Source: a virus (Duplodnaviria; Caudoviricetes). From it: DNA of 43,726 nucleotides. The position numbers and the translations under genes are program-made. This document shows, piece by piece, positions 1 to 8,375 of this stretch; position 1 is the stretch's first letter; every line of letters starts with the position of its first letter. Under the pieces are notes generated by a model. That model made no database searches. It was not told the origin of the DNA and worked only from the letters and a program-made list of their open reading frames with translations. Where the stretch lies: the IMG/VR virus record IMGVR_UViG_3300035685_000105, positions 1 to 43,726 of that record. One strand, written 5' to 3'.

Positions 1-34
1 TGCACCGGGCATTGTAAATGCTGCGTGGCGTTGC

Positions 35-62
35 TTGACAAAAGCTCTGGTTGAAGTACAAT
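35..62 (+). promoter_or_regulatory. sigma70-type promoter of tRNA-Leu
   Basis: TTGACA (35-40), 16-nt spacer, TACAAT (57-62), 16 nt before the tRNA 5' end. Confidence 0.75.
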
Positions 63-78
63 AATGACTGTTCGTTAC

Positions 79-162
79 GCGCACGTGGCGGAATCGGTAG
101 ACGCGCTAGCTTGAGGGGCTAGTGACTGCAAAGTCGTGGGGGTTCGAGTCCCTCCGTGCGCA
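79..162 (+). tRNA. tRNA-Leu(GAG); probable prophage integration site
   Basis: Acceptor stem GCGCACG/CGTGCGC plus discriminator A; D-arm TGGCGGAATCGGTAGACGC; anticodon arm CTAGC-TTGAGGG-GCTAG; long variable arm; T-loop GGTTCGAGTCC; CCA not encoded (CTC follows). Confidence 0.95.
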
Positions 163-1800
163 CTCAATTACGGAGTAGACATAATATCGTACCCAGGGAG
201 CGGGCTGGTAACGCACCACCTCCCCGGTGTTGAGGTCTACCGCGACCTTGACGAAGATGCTGGCGAAGATCTCCTTCTGGAGGTGCAAGCCAGCATTTTT
301 TATGAGGGCCGCCAGTTGGCCGATTTGTTGCATCGCCTCCTGGATGACGCCCAGGTCGCTACGCGCGCGAATCTGTTTTTCCAGGTCGCCAATCTCCGCG
401 TCATAGCGATCCAGCTTCGCCCTGAAGCCCTCCGGCGACAGCACGGCCATCTCCTGCACGAACTGCTCGACGTACAACTCCCGCAGCCGCTCGCGGCGGC
501 GCTTCACCACCTCCAGCTTGGCGCGCGCCTCCCGGTCCTCCTCGTCATCGTCGGCCAGCGCTAAAAGCACCGCTTCGAGGAGCGGCCAACTCTCCGGCGG
601 CAACGCCAGGTCTGCCATCAGGTCAGCAGCACGCGCCTCCACCTCATCAGCGTGAACCTGCCCCACGTCCGCCCGGCACTTCCCTTTATGTGAGTGCCGA
701 TAAAACCGAGTGCCGCCCTTGGCAACAATCTCGGTCTGCCCAACAAGCGGCCTGTCGCAGGCGGCGCAGTGCAGCAGTGGAGTAAGGGGGTAGACGTTGC
801 GCCGCGCGGGGGTGCGCTGCACATGGCGGCGGCTCTCCAGGATCTCTGCCACGTCATTGATGAGGTCGAGCGGCAGCAGCGGCTCCCACGCGCCCTCCTT
901 CAAGATCGCTGGCCCCTTCGCCGACTGCGACCGCCCCTTGATGAGGTTGCCCGCGTAGGTCTGATGCATGGCAATACAGCGCCGCACGTCGTCGCGCGTG
1001 AAGGCTCGCGGCTCGCCCCAGCGGTCGGCGTAGCGCCACCCTTCCAGGTTCAACTGCTCGGTCAGGCTCGCCCACCCGTGCTGCTGGCTGCGGTACAGCT
1101 CGTAGAGGCGGTGGAGCGCGTCCCAGTACCCGCGCCACTCCCACCCTGTCGGGTCCTGCGGCTCCTTCGCCCACAGCGGCCCGTTCTCGCCCTGCGGGGG
1201 GCGATACCAGACTCCCCGGTTGTCGCGCGCCAGCTTCTGCTCCTCGTCGCGCATCGAGCCGAAGGGGCAGGTGCCCCAGTGCTTGCCCTTGGCGCGGGCG
1301 CGACGCACCTTCGCCTTCATGTTGGCACTCGTGATGTCGCTCCACGCCTGCGCCATCGCCGCGTGCTGCTGGAAGGTCTGCATCTTCATCGCCACCTCAA
1401 GTTCGACGTTGCGCTCACACTCCAGCGGCACGTCGAAGTCGGCGGGGTCGAAGTCGATGTTCTCGGCGATGGAGACGAAACGGATGCCCTGCTTGGCGCA
1501 GCGCTTGGCGAAGACGATTGCCAGTTCCAGGTTGCGAAAGAGGCGGCTGATGCTCTCGACGATGACGACGGCCACCTGCTCGTCGCCGAGGCGGGCCTTC
1601 AGGCGGCTCCACTCCGGGCGACCCTTCTCCTTGCGCCCGGAGTGGCGGCCTATCACGTCGGCATATAGCTCGATCCTGGCCTGGTCGTAACCCTCGCGGC
1701 GGCACCAGGCGCGAATTGAAGACTCCTGCCGCTTCGGGGAGTCCGCCCCGTCCTGCCCATCGCTCAGGCGGATGTGCCCCAGCACGATAGCTTGCTGCAT
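106..1800 (-). CDS. large serine recombinase (integrase)
   Basis: Resolvase domain (HIRLS with catalytic Ser, RPEW, SISRLFRN), recombinase domain, Zn ribbon (LLHCAAC), coiled coil; GGAGG RBS before ATG 1800; stop lies within the tRNA. Confidence 0.92.
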   Translation of the reverse strand: MQQAIVLGHIRLSDGQDGADSPKRQESSIRAWCRREGYDQARIELYADVIGRHSGRKEKGRPEWSRLKARLGDEQVAVVIVESISRLFRNLELAIVFAKRCAKQGIRFVSIAENIDFDPADFDVPLECERNVELEVAMKMQTFQQHAAMAQAWSDITSANMKAKVRRARAKGKHWGTCPFGSMRDEEQKLARDNRGVWYRPPQGENGPLWAKEPQDPTGWEWRGYWDALHRLYELYRSQQHGWASLTEQLNLEGWRYADRWGEPRAFTRDDVRRCIAMHQTYAGNLIKGRSQSAKGPAILKEGAWEPLLPLDLINDVAEILESRRHVQRTPARRNVYPLTPLLHCAACDRPLVGQTEIVAKGGTRFYRHSHKGKCRADVGQVHADEVEARAADLMADLALPPESWPLLEAVLLALADDDEEDREARAKLEVVKRRRERLRELYVEQFVQEMAVLSPEGFRAKLDRYDAEIGDLEKQIRARSDLGVIQEAMQQIGQLAALIKNAGLHLQKEIFASIFVKVAVDLNTGEVVRYQPAPWVRYYVYSVIECARRDSNPHDFAVTSPSS

Positions 1801-1940
1801 CTTGACCTCCCGGCGCGGCGCGGCTACGATGTAAGGACAACGGCAGCCCCGCGCTGCTGAAAGAATTGGAAGAACGCCGCTCCCCTCTGCCAAGACGGGC
1901 GGCGTTTTTCGTTGCTGCCAGATGATAGAACGAAGTACCT

Positions 1941-1976
1941 AAAAATGGCAAGCGCTCCGGTGTGCTGGAGCGCTTG
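1941..1976 (-). terminator. hairpin/terminator between accessory operon and integrase
   Basis: CAAGCGCTCCGG-TGTG-CTGGAGCGCTTG (1949-1976), followed on the minus strand by CCATTTTT. Confidence 0.55.
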
Positions 1977-2090
1977 GGGGTGGTTATGGATGATATTGTC
2001 TGTTATCGCCACGGATCCCAGGGCTTATTCTCGCTGGATCAGGGCTGGCTTGTCCTACTCAATCGGTCATACACATGCCTGAAGGGAAGT

Positions 2091-3536
2091 CTACAATTTG
2101 GATTCCATCTCGCGTACTCGATCATAGAGCCCGCGGATTTTCTCGCGCTTGCTACTGATGCGCTGTTGGATGTCGCGAATCCTGTCATCTATACTGCGCT
2201 TGATTTCGTGTTCACGCGGCCCAGAGCGAACCCTTCTGTAGTTGTCGTGCTGCCGACTCAAGTTCTCCTCATCGCGTCGGACGGAATCCTCCATCTGTGT
2301 TATCCTCGCTCGCGTCTCTCGAATTCGCTGGTGCTGTTGTTCCCTCCACTGTTTCTGACGCGCCTCTGCTGCTTCCTTCTGGCGACGACTGAGAGTATCG
2401 AAGGCTTCGTTTACCTGCCGTTTCAGATAGTCGCGGTCATCCTTTTTCAGGTCTTCCGTTCGCACCTCTTGCGAGACAGCCATGAGGCGGGTACGTGTTG
2501 CTTGAAAATCAGCTGTGCTGCGCGCCTCGTAGACGCACTCCTGCACTCGCCTTTGTAAGTATTGGTTGTTCCGCATTTGTTTGCCTTCGCGCTCTTTGCG
2601 CCAATGTTCAAGGGCGTCAAAGCCTTGCTGCACTATCTTGCGAACGGCATCACGCTGCTCTCTCGTCAGGTCAGCGTCTTTGATTCGCCCCTGAATCTGC
2701 TTGAGGCTATCGCGGATCTGCTGAGTGTTCTCTCCCCGCGAATTCCCTGCGGCGTTAGCGGCCCGTTCAGCATCGCTCTTGAGGCCATTGAAGGCTTGCT
2801 CCTGAACCTTTGCTCGCTGTTCACGCTTGCGCTTGAGGGTCTCGAACCCTTGTTGCAGAGCAGCGAATAATTCATCACGCTCCTTCTTGCCCAGCGATTG
2901 AGTTTCCTTCACCTTAGATTGAAGTCGCTTGAGGTCATCGAAGGCGGATCGCGTATCCTGCGCCGAATCGGCCTGCTGTACCGCGCGACCAATCTCGACT
3001 TTAAGCGCTTGATATTGCCGTTGCGACTCTTGCTTGAATGCGTCTCTCCACTTGTTGAGCTGTGCAAAGATGCCATCGAGGTCGCGTTTAACACGGTCAT
3101 GATTAGCCTGGCTGATCTGCCCGGCGTTCCACAATTCCTGTAATGCTTTACTCTGCTCGACAGCCTCGTCCCACAGGTCGCGGCTGTAGCGACCTTGCTT
3201 ATCTAGCTCCCTCTGTAGGTTAGCCACTGAAAAATCGTCACCACGTAGCGCAGGAAGCGATCTTAACAATGTTGAGACAAATTCTTGCATCCAGAGTGGT
3301 ATCTCTGAGTAGTCATCGTGGCCACGAGGACCCTTGCCCAAGCTCCATTTGGCAATCTCGCCCTTCCCTAGTGCATCGGGCGTGAAGTAGTGAAAGTGCG
3401 GATACTCGTATGGGTACTTCCCGGGCCTGGGACCAATAAAGGCATCCATGCGCCCTGTCTGGTCATCAAAGAGGACACGCACATGCCACCTTGAGCCGCG
3501 AAAGTCGATCCATTGCTCAAATGTATACTTAGTCAT
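2091..3536 (-). CDS. helical-repeat/coiled-coil protein (DUF349-like repeats) with unknown N-terminal globular domain
   Basis: 481 aa; about four ~70-aa repeats (e.g. LKRLQSKVKE..ERDELFAALQQGFETL and LKQIQGRIKD..QRDAVRKIVQQGFDAL); GGAGG RBS; visibly lower GC. Confidence 0.7.
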   Translation of the reverse strand: MTKYTFEQWIDFRGSRWHVRVLFDDQTGRMDAFIGPRPGKYPYEYPHFHYFTPDALGKGEIAKWSLGKGPRGHDDYSEIPLWMQEFVSTLLRSLPALRGDDFSVANLQRELDKQGRYSRDLWDEAVEQSKALQELWNAGQISQANHDRVKRDLDGIFAQLNKWRDAFKQESQRQYQALKVEIGRAVQQADSAQDTRSAFDDLKRLQSKVKETQSLGKKERDELFAALQQGFETLKRKREQRAKVQEQAFNGLKSDAERAANAAGNSRGENTQQIRDSLKQIQGRIKDADLTREQRDAVRKIVQQGFDALEHWRKEREGKQMRNNQYLQRRVQECVYEARSTADFQATRTRLMAVSQEVRTEDLKKDDRDYLKRQVNEAFDTLSRRQKEAAEARQKQWREQQHQRIRETRARITQMEDSVRRDEENLSRQHDNYRRVRSGPREHEIKRSIDDRIRDIQQRISSKREKIRGLYDRVREMESKL

Positions 3537-3539
3537 CTT

Positions 3540-3776
3540 CTAACCCTCCCCTACTTTTATCACCCCAACCGCCGCCAACCCGTCCATCACCAGCACCTGC
3601 GCCGCCTCCGACTCCTCCCCAATATGCGCCCGCACCTCCTGGCACGCCTCGGCAAACTGCCCCCACCGCTCCCACTCCTCCAGGTTCTCATCCGCGAGGA
3701 TGGCCTTGATAGCATCGATGCGTTCCCGCATGGCCGGGCTGAGGGCGGCGCGGGTGGAGGAGTGGGTGTAGCGCAT
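3540..3776 (-). CDS. small hypothetical protein
   Basis: Fills the gap between neighbouring minus-strand genes; helical and acidic. Confidence 0.55.
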   Translation of the reverse strand: MRYTHSSTRAALSPAMRERIDAIKAILADENLEEWERWGQFAEACQEVRAHIGEESEAAQVLVMDGLAAVGVIKVGEG

Positions 3777-3781
3777 GGGCT

Positions 3782-4516
3782 TTATGGTAGAGTCTCGCAC
3801 GCGCTGCCGTCGTTGTCCCGGTCCAGGCGATGCGGATCAGACGATGGCCCACCCGCCGCGATGTAAAAGGCTTGCGCCTGCGCGTGAGTGCCAAAGTGGT
3901 CGCAATCTACGTCAGGACCAAAGGGGTCGTATGAGCCACTGTAGCCCCCAGCCGACGACGGCGGTGCGGCAGGCGGCGCGGCACTATTAGGCTGCGAGAC
4001 ACTACTGGATTGCGAGGCGGGCGCGATGTTCTGCTCGACGGGTGGGAGCGGAGCCGCCAGCACTGGTGCTTCCACCGTGCCCAGCACCTCCGCGCCGCTC
4101 AGTTGAACATAGTTCGCGTTGACCCATCCGGGCGTGGTGCCATCCAGCAGCACCTGTACCCACGACTGGTCAGCGTTGAAGCCTAACGCGGGTAGTTCTG
4201 TGCCGTTTACCACCGTGGTGATGATGGCGTAGTCAGGACTTGGACCCGTTCGCACATTGAGTCCATCCGACTGGACAACGGCCACTGGCTGCGCTGCAGG
4301 CGGCTCCTGCTCGGCAGGACGCTCCTCCTCCGCAGGCGCTTCGTCAGCCGGAGGAGCGTTGGCAGGCGTATCCGCTTCGGAGGACGTGGAGCGGGCTGGC
4401 CTCGGCGCGGTGGCGGGTCGCCCCACGTCCGGGTCGCGGCTCGTGGTCGCGTTCCCCGTGCTGTCACACGCCGACAGCGCAATTAAGCACACGATTAACC
4501 ATACCAGGCGGTTCAT
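3782..4516 (-). CDS. lipoprotein with bacterial SH3 domain and C-terminal Excalibur Ca-binding domain
   Basis: Lipobox LSAC; SH3b (LNVRTGPSPDY..GWVNANYV); Excalibur (DVDCDHF..AQAF..LDRDNDGSACE). Confidence 0.88.
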   Translation of the reverse strand: MNRLVWLIVCLIALSACDSTGNATTSRDPDVGRPATAPRPARSTSSEADTPANAPPADEAPAEEERPAEQEPPAAQPVAVVQSDGLNVRTGPSPDYAIITTVVNGTELPALGFNADQSWVQVLLDGTTPGWVNANYVQLSGAEVLGTVEAPVLAAPLPPVEQNIAPASQSSSVSQPNSAAPPAAPPSSAGGYSGSYDPFGPDVDCDHFGTHAQAQAFYIAAGGPSSDPHRLDRDNDGSACETLP

Positions 4517-4616
4517 ACATTCCCCTTTGGCAGTTGAATCATGCCGACCTACCGCGCTCCAGGAGCGCGGTATTACGATTTGTTCATGTTGAGAGAGCGG
4601 GTGTAGTCCAGGGCCT

Positions 4617-4925
4617 TTACGGTAGGCTCTCGCATGCGATACCGTCGCCGTCTTGATCGAGCCGATGCGGATCGCTCGACGGCCCGCCCGCCGCGATGAA
4701 CGCAGCCTGCGCCTCGGCTTGGGCAGCGAACTGCCCGCAATCGTAGTTTCTGAATGGGTCGTAAGCCTGGCCTATGGGACGCGCGTACGATAGCGGATTC
4801 ACCAGCCTGTCCATGCCCATCCAGGCCGAGGCGATGAGCGCCGGGATGAACCACATCAGGAAGAGGAAGTTCATGGCGCGGCGCGCCTCTTCCTCGGTGA
4901 GCAGGTTGCCGTCGTTGTCGTTCAT
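4617..4925 (-). CDS. membrane-anchored Excalibur-domain protein
   Basis: One TM segment, then YDCGQF..AQAAF..DPHRLDQDGDGIACE. Confidence 0.8.
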   Translation of the reverse strand: MNDNDGNLLTEEEARRAMNFLFLMWFIPALIASAWMGMDRLVNPLSYARPIGQAYDPFRNYDCGQFAAQAEAQAAFIAAGGPSSDPHRLDQDGDGIACESLP

Positions 4926-4931
4926 GGTGTG

Positions 4932-5720
4932 CTACGGGTTGTTTCCCGTGCCTATCACATACGAGGTCACTTCGCCCTCTTCGCCGAACCGATAGAGGAC
5001 GATGAAATCGCCCGGCCCTCCACCCGTCCAGAAGTCGCCTTCAAAACGAGCCGCCAAGGAGTCGCTGTGGTAAAGGTCTACCGTTCGTAGCGACATAGGC
5101 TCATACGTTTCAACCAAGCGGCTATCGGACGGGATAAGCGCCTGACTCATCTGACGCGCATCCTCAAGAGAAATTCCGCTATTGTCCCCAAACATGTGCT
5201 CCAGGTGCCACACCTTGCCTTCCTGAAATAGCAGGCTGTAGGTGCCATTCTCATAGTTGTAAAAGCCGAACTCCTCATCTGCTTCGCCGTGCCGTTGCTC
5301 CCAAGACTCCCGGCTTAGACCAAGCCCACCAGAGGCGTACTCGTCAAGGACGGGTGCGGGAGTTGGCTCCGGCGTCGCTGTCGGCGCAAGCGTCTCGGTT
5401 GGTTCTGGTGTCTCGGTTGGTTCTGGCGTGTTGGTGGGCTGGGGAGTATCAGTCGGCTCCTCCGTTGGTTCTGGTGTGCGCGTGGGGGCAGGTGTTCGCG
5501 TCGGGGCACGGGTGTTTGTTGGGGCAGGGGTCACAGTCGGCTCCTGCATAGCCGTCGCCTCGTCTTGCGGCTCCTCAGTAGCGGTGGCCTCTGGTGCCGC
5601 CGACTGTGTTGGTGCTATAGCTGTCTGAGTTGCACCAACTGATACCTGCGGTCCAGCCCCGCCACCGCACCCTACTAGCGCCATCACCAGAGCCACCAAC
5701 ACAATCACCGTCCGCCACAT
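4932..5720 (-). CDS. lipoprotein with Pro/Thr-rich linker
   Basis: GGAGGG RBS before ATG 5720; lipobox LVGC; TPEP repeats; C-terminal globular domain. Confidence 0.82.
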   Translation of the reverse strand: MWRTVIVLVALVMALVGCGGGAGPQVSVGATQTAIAPTQSAAPEATATEEPQDEATAMQEPTVTPAPTNTRAPTRTPAPTRTPEPTEEPTDTPQPTNTPEPTETPEPTETLAPTATPEPTPAPVLDEYASGGLGLSRESWEQRHGEADEEFGFYNYENGTYSLLFQEGKVWHLEHMFGDNSGISLEDARQMSQALIPSDSRLVETYEPMSLRTVDLYHSDSLAARFEGDFWTGGGPGDFIVLYRFGEEGEVTSYVIGTGNNP

Positions 5721-5835
5721 ATACCCTCCGCTGTTGAGCAATAGAGATAGACCGCGCACCCAACGCACAGCATGAACGCAGTCTTACAGTTTGTTCATCT
5801 TCGACAATTTACGGCTATTCAACCCCTGAAACCTG

Positions 5836-5864
5836 TGGACAGCCACGAACCCATGTGCTATATT
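5836..5864 (+). promoter_or_regulatory. promoter with putative LexA (SOS) box in the spacer
   Basis: TGGACA-17 nt-TATATT with extended -10 TG; CGAAC-CCAT-GTGCT (5846-5859) resembles the Gram-positive-type CGAAC-N4-GTTCG. Confidence 0.6.
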
Positions 5865-5907
5865 TGCGGCCTGTGCAGGCGTTGTTAACAGATGTTAGGA
5901 GCCGCCA

Positions 5908-6144
5908 ATGTCGCTCGGTGACACTACTGCCCAAGTCTATGCTATTACCGATGGTTCGGCTGCGGACCGGATGAGCCACTTTCACCTGCGCGTTCAGGCG
6001 GATCTTGCTGACCTGCGGCGCGTGCGGCGACCCTCGTCATCTCAGCGCCGCCAGATAGAGTTCCTTATGGGCCTTGAGCAGCGTCTACGCGAACGCCAAG
6101 GTCTACCATTAGGCGGTCGAACGTTTCGGGTACATTCGCCTTGA
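5908..6144 (+). CDS. small protein, candidate SOS-induced antirepressor
   Basis: AGGAG RBS; downstream of the LexA-boxed promoter; 3' end overlaps the repressor 3' end convergently. Confidence 0.5.
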   Translation: MSLGDTTAQVYAITDGSAADRMSHFHLRVQADLADLRRVRRPSSSQRRQIEFLMGLEQRLRERQGLPLGGRTFRVHSP

Positions 6145-6934
6145 GCGCACGTAGCTCGCGCTCCAAAAAGTCCATGTTGTCATCGCGCCACTCGTCTATC
6201 AGGCTCTCCCCTGCTGCCTGATAGACGTCTTGTGTTGGGGCGTGCTCTTCCCTTGCGTCCGCCGGGGGCGGGTAAATGCCCTCGGCATCAAGGTACGTCC
6301 AAGCGTAGAAGAACCCTGTTTGAACCAGGTCCTCGTTTACCATATACCCTTCGGCTGATTCGGCAACGGACTTCAAAAAATCGTCCACTACCTCACGGTT
6401 ACGCCCCGCGCCCCTCGCAATTAATTCAACCACCAGAGCGGAAGTGCTCTTGGCTTTTCCAAGGAGTACTGCATCAAGGAGCTTCTGGGAAAGTTCGGCG
6501 GCGGCGGGGTCCACTTGCGAAAGGTACGCCCGAACGACCCAGTAAGCCATTAGTATGCGTGTACGGCGTCGCTCAAGCTCTAGGGTCGCGCCCAAGACCG
6601 CGTTTAGTGCCTGGGCTGTTTCTGTTCTGATGCCCGGCGGCAACGTGTCGAGCGTATCCGCAAGCTTCTCCACTACAGGGTCCCGCTGCTCTGAGGGGGT
6701 AGTCTCGATGTGCCCGGCGAGTCTCAGAAGGTGTGTTTCGTCGACCTGCAGGGCTGCGGCTAGCTTTTTTAGTGTTTCTGCGCGCGGTCTAACACTCCCT
6801 GAAAGCGCATTGCCTAGCGCGCCGTGCGACACCCCTGCTTTTTGGGATAGCTCCCTAAATGAAAAACCTAGTTCATCCTTCCGCTTTCGCAGGTAATCGG
6901 CTAGCGCTTGCAGGCTCTGTGTCTCCTGTGTCAT
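6065..6934 (-). CDS. Xre/CI-like phage repressor
   Basis: N-terminal HTH (FSFRELSQKAGVSHGALGNALSGSVRP); divergent from a cro-like gene; no S24 peptidase motif seen; ATG 6934 lies 6 nt after a -10 element (probably leaderless). Confidence 0.85.
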   Translation of the reverse strand: MTQETQSLQALADYLRKRKDELGFSFRELSQKAGVSHGALGNALSGSVRPRAETLKKLAAALQVDETHLLRLAGHIETTPSEQRDPVVEKLADTLDTLPPGIRTETAQALNAVLGATLELERRRTRILMAYWVVRAYLSQVDPAAAELSQKLLDAVLLGKAKSTSALVVELIARGAGRNREVVDDFLKSVAESAEGYMVNEDLVQTGFFYAWTYLDAEGIYPPPADAREEHAPTQDVYQAAGESLIDEWRDDNMDFLERELRALKANVPETFDRLMVDLGVRVDAAQGP

Positions 6935-6940
6935 GTCAAG

Positions 6941-7004
6941 ATGGTACACCTGTTTAACCTCCTTTGTCAATGGGGTTGACAACGCATTAGAAAGCGCTTA
7001 TACT
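6941..7004. promoter_or_regulatory. divergent promoter pair of the lysis/lysogeny switch
   Basis: Rightward TTGACA(6976-6981)-17-TATACT(6999-7004); leftward TTGACA(6970-6965)-18-TACCAT(6946-6941); the two -35 elements form TTGTCAA-N5-TTGACAA. Confidence 0.8.
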
Positions 7005-7014
7005 GTCCGTAGAC

Positions 7015-7260
7015 ATGGAACATAATGTTACTTGTGGAGGGACAGTGATAGACCACAACCCTAATACCGAGCGCCTTGTGGCTCTGGTATCACCCGAAGT
7101 AAAGCAGCGCGTTGAAGAGATTGCTGAAAAGAACCCTCGCTTCTGGACGAACTTTCAGCCTAGCAACACGGCAGTCGTTCGGGAGGCGCTAGAGTTTTTT
7201 TTAGGCCATTGTGTCCTTCCTGATGGAACAATTCGTGACATGAAGGAGGGTATTTCGTGA
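7015..7260 (+). CDS. Cro-position regulator, ribbon-helix-helix-like
   Basis: First early gene; RLVALVSPEVKQRVEEIA...SNTAVVREALEFFL fits RHH; GGAGG RBS suggests GTG 7044 as the start. Confidence 0.6.
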   Translation: MEHNVTCGGTVIDHNPNTERLVALVSPEVKQRVEEIAEKNPRFWTNFQPSNTAVVREALEFFLGHCVLPDGTIRDMKEGIS

Positions 7261-7763
7261 TGGCCCACGAAATACCTCTGACCAGAGGCAAGGTCGCCAT
7301 TGTGGACGACACAGATTACGAATGGCTGTCGCAGTGGAAGTGGAGCTGTCACATTAATCGAAGCGGCAACTGCTATGCCGTGCGTACTGCCTGGAATCCT
7401 CGGCGCTACATTCGGATGCACCGCCTTATTACGGACGCCCCGCGCCACCTTGAGGTAGACCACATCAACGGTGACGGACTGGATAATCGCCGCTCTAACC
7501 TGCGCCTCGTTACACGCTCCCAGAACACACAGAACCGCAAGCCGTATCCGAACTCCACATCGCGCTTCAAGGGCGTTAGCTTCAACAAGAGGCTCGGCAA
7601 GTACGAGGCCCAGATTCAAGTGAGGCAGGGGCGGGTTAAGCGCAAGTTCCATTTGGGACTCTTTTATAGTGAAGAGGAGGCCGCGCGTATTTACGACGCG
7701 GCGGCGGCTCACCACTTCGGCGAGTTCGCCAAACTCAACTTTCCGCACGAGGCGCAGCCATGA
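7257..7763 (+). CDS. HNH homing endonuclease with AP2 domain
   Basis: RMHRLI..VDHINGDGLDNRRSNLR (HNH_3); SRFKGVS..HLGLF..EEEAARIYD (AP2). Confidence 0.93.
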   Translation: MMAHEIPLTRGKVAIVDDTDYEWLSQWKWSCHINRSGNCYAVRTAWNPRRYIRMHRLITDAPRHLEVDHINGDGLDNRRSNLRLVTRSQNTQNRKPYPNSTSRFKGVSFNKRLGKYEAQIQVRQGRVKRKFHLGLFYSEEEAARIYDAAAAHHFGEFAKLNFPHEAQP

Positions 7764-7870
7764 ACCTTTCGTCATCCCTAACCCCTTATGTCTGCGACGA
7801 GTGCCACGCCGAGCTTGCCCTGGAACTAGCGCTGGAAGCCGCACAGGCCGAGCACGAGGCCGAGGCGTAG
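7760..7870 (+). CDS. tiny hypothetical protein (36 aa, CxxC)
   Basis: ATGA overlap with the HNH stop; MNLSSSLTPYVCDECHAELAL... Confidence 0.45.
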   Translation: MNLSSSLTPYVCDECHAELALELALEAAQAEHEAEA

Positions 7871-7872
7871 CC

Positions 7873-8088
7873 ATGCCCCGCCCCACGAGCGCCACCCCTG
7901 CCCCGCCACGCACCTTCGCCGACATCGAAGCGGCGGCACGCGCCCACGCCCGCGAGCAGGGGGCCACCGACGCCGAGGCTGCCGAGGTCGCGCGCGGCTA
8001 CCTGCACTTCCTCAAGCTCCTCTCCCGCGAGGCCCTGCGCCAGGCCCAGGCCGAGGCGCGCCCTCCTGCCAGTCGTCACGTCGTCTAA
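7873..8088 (+). CDS. hypothetical early protein
   Basis: GAGG RBS before ATG 7873; operon packing. Confidence 0.55.
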   Translation: MPRPTSATPAPPRTFADIEAAARAHAREQGATDAEAAEVARGYLHFLKLLSREALRQAQAEARPPASRHVV

Positions 8089-8126
8089 TCCCTCCACCCC
8101 TACGCAAGGTTTGAAAGGAGACCCGT

Positions 8127-8375
8127 ATGACAACCACCGCCTCTGCCGTTCCCCTGGAACCCATCCCCGTCGTGAGGGCAGTGCGCTCGACCGAGTGGCG
8201 CGTCCTGCGCCAGTTCAGTTGCAGCGACGACTGGCAGGAAGTCGGGCGCGGTGACATGCCCACCGCCCAGCGAGCCTATGCCAACCACCTTTCCGCCCTC
8301 GGACGCGGCGCTTTAGCGCTGGTGTGCCCCGATGGTTCCGTTGCTGAGAGCGCCGACGCGGAGGTGCCCGCGTGA
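8127..8375 (+). CDS. hypothetical early protein
   Basis: AAGGAG RBS; GTGA coupling to the next gene. Confidence 0.65.
   Translation: MTTTASAVPLEPIPVVRAVRSTEWRVLRQFSCSDDWQEVGRGDMPTAQRAYANHLSALGRGALALVCPDGSVAESADAEVPA

Noticed and set aside
1801-1893. N-terminal extension of the integrase given in the ORF track
   Set aside because: The GGAGG RBS and catalytic-domain start point to ATG 1800; the upstream region is a hairpin-containing leader
5350-5560. Tandem GGTTCTGG-like repeats
   Set aside because: Explained by the TPEP/PT linker of the lipoprotein (protein-level low complexity)
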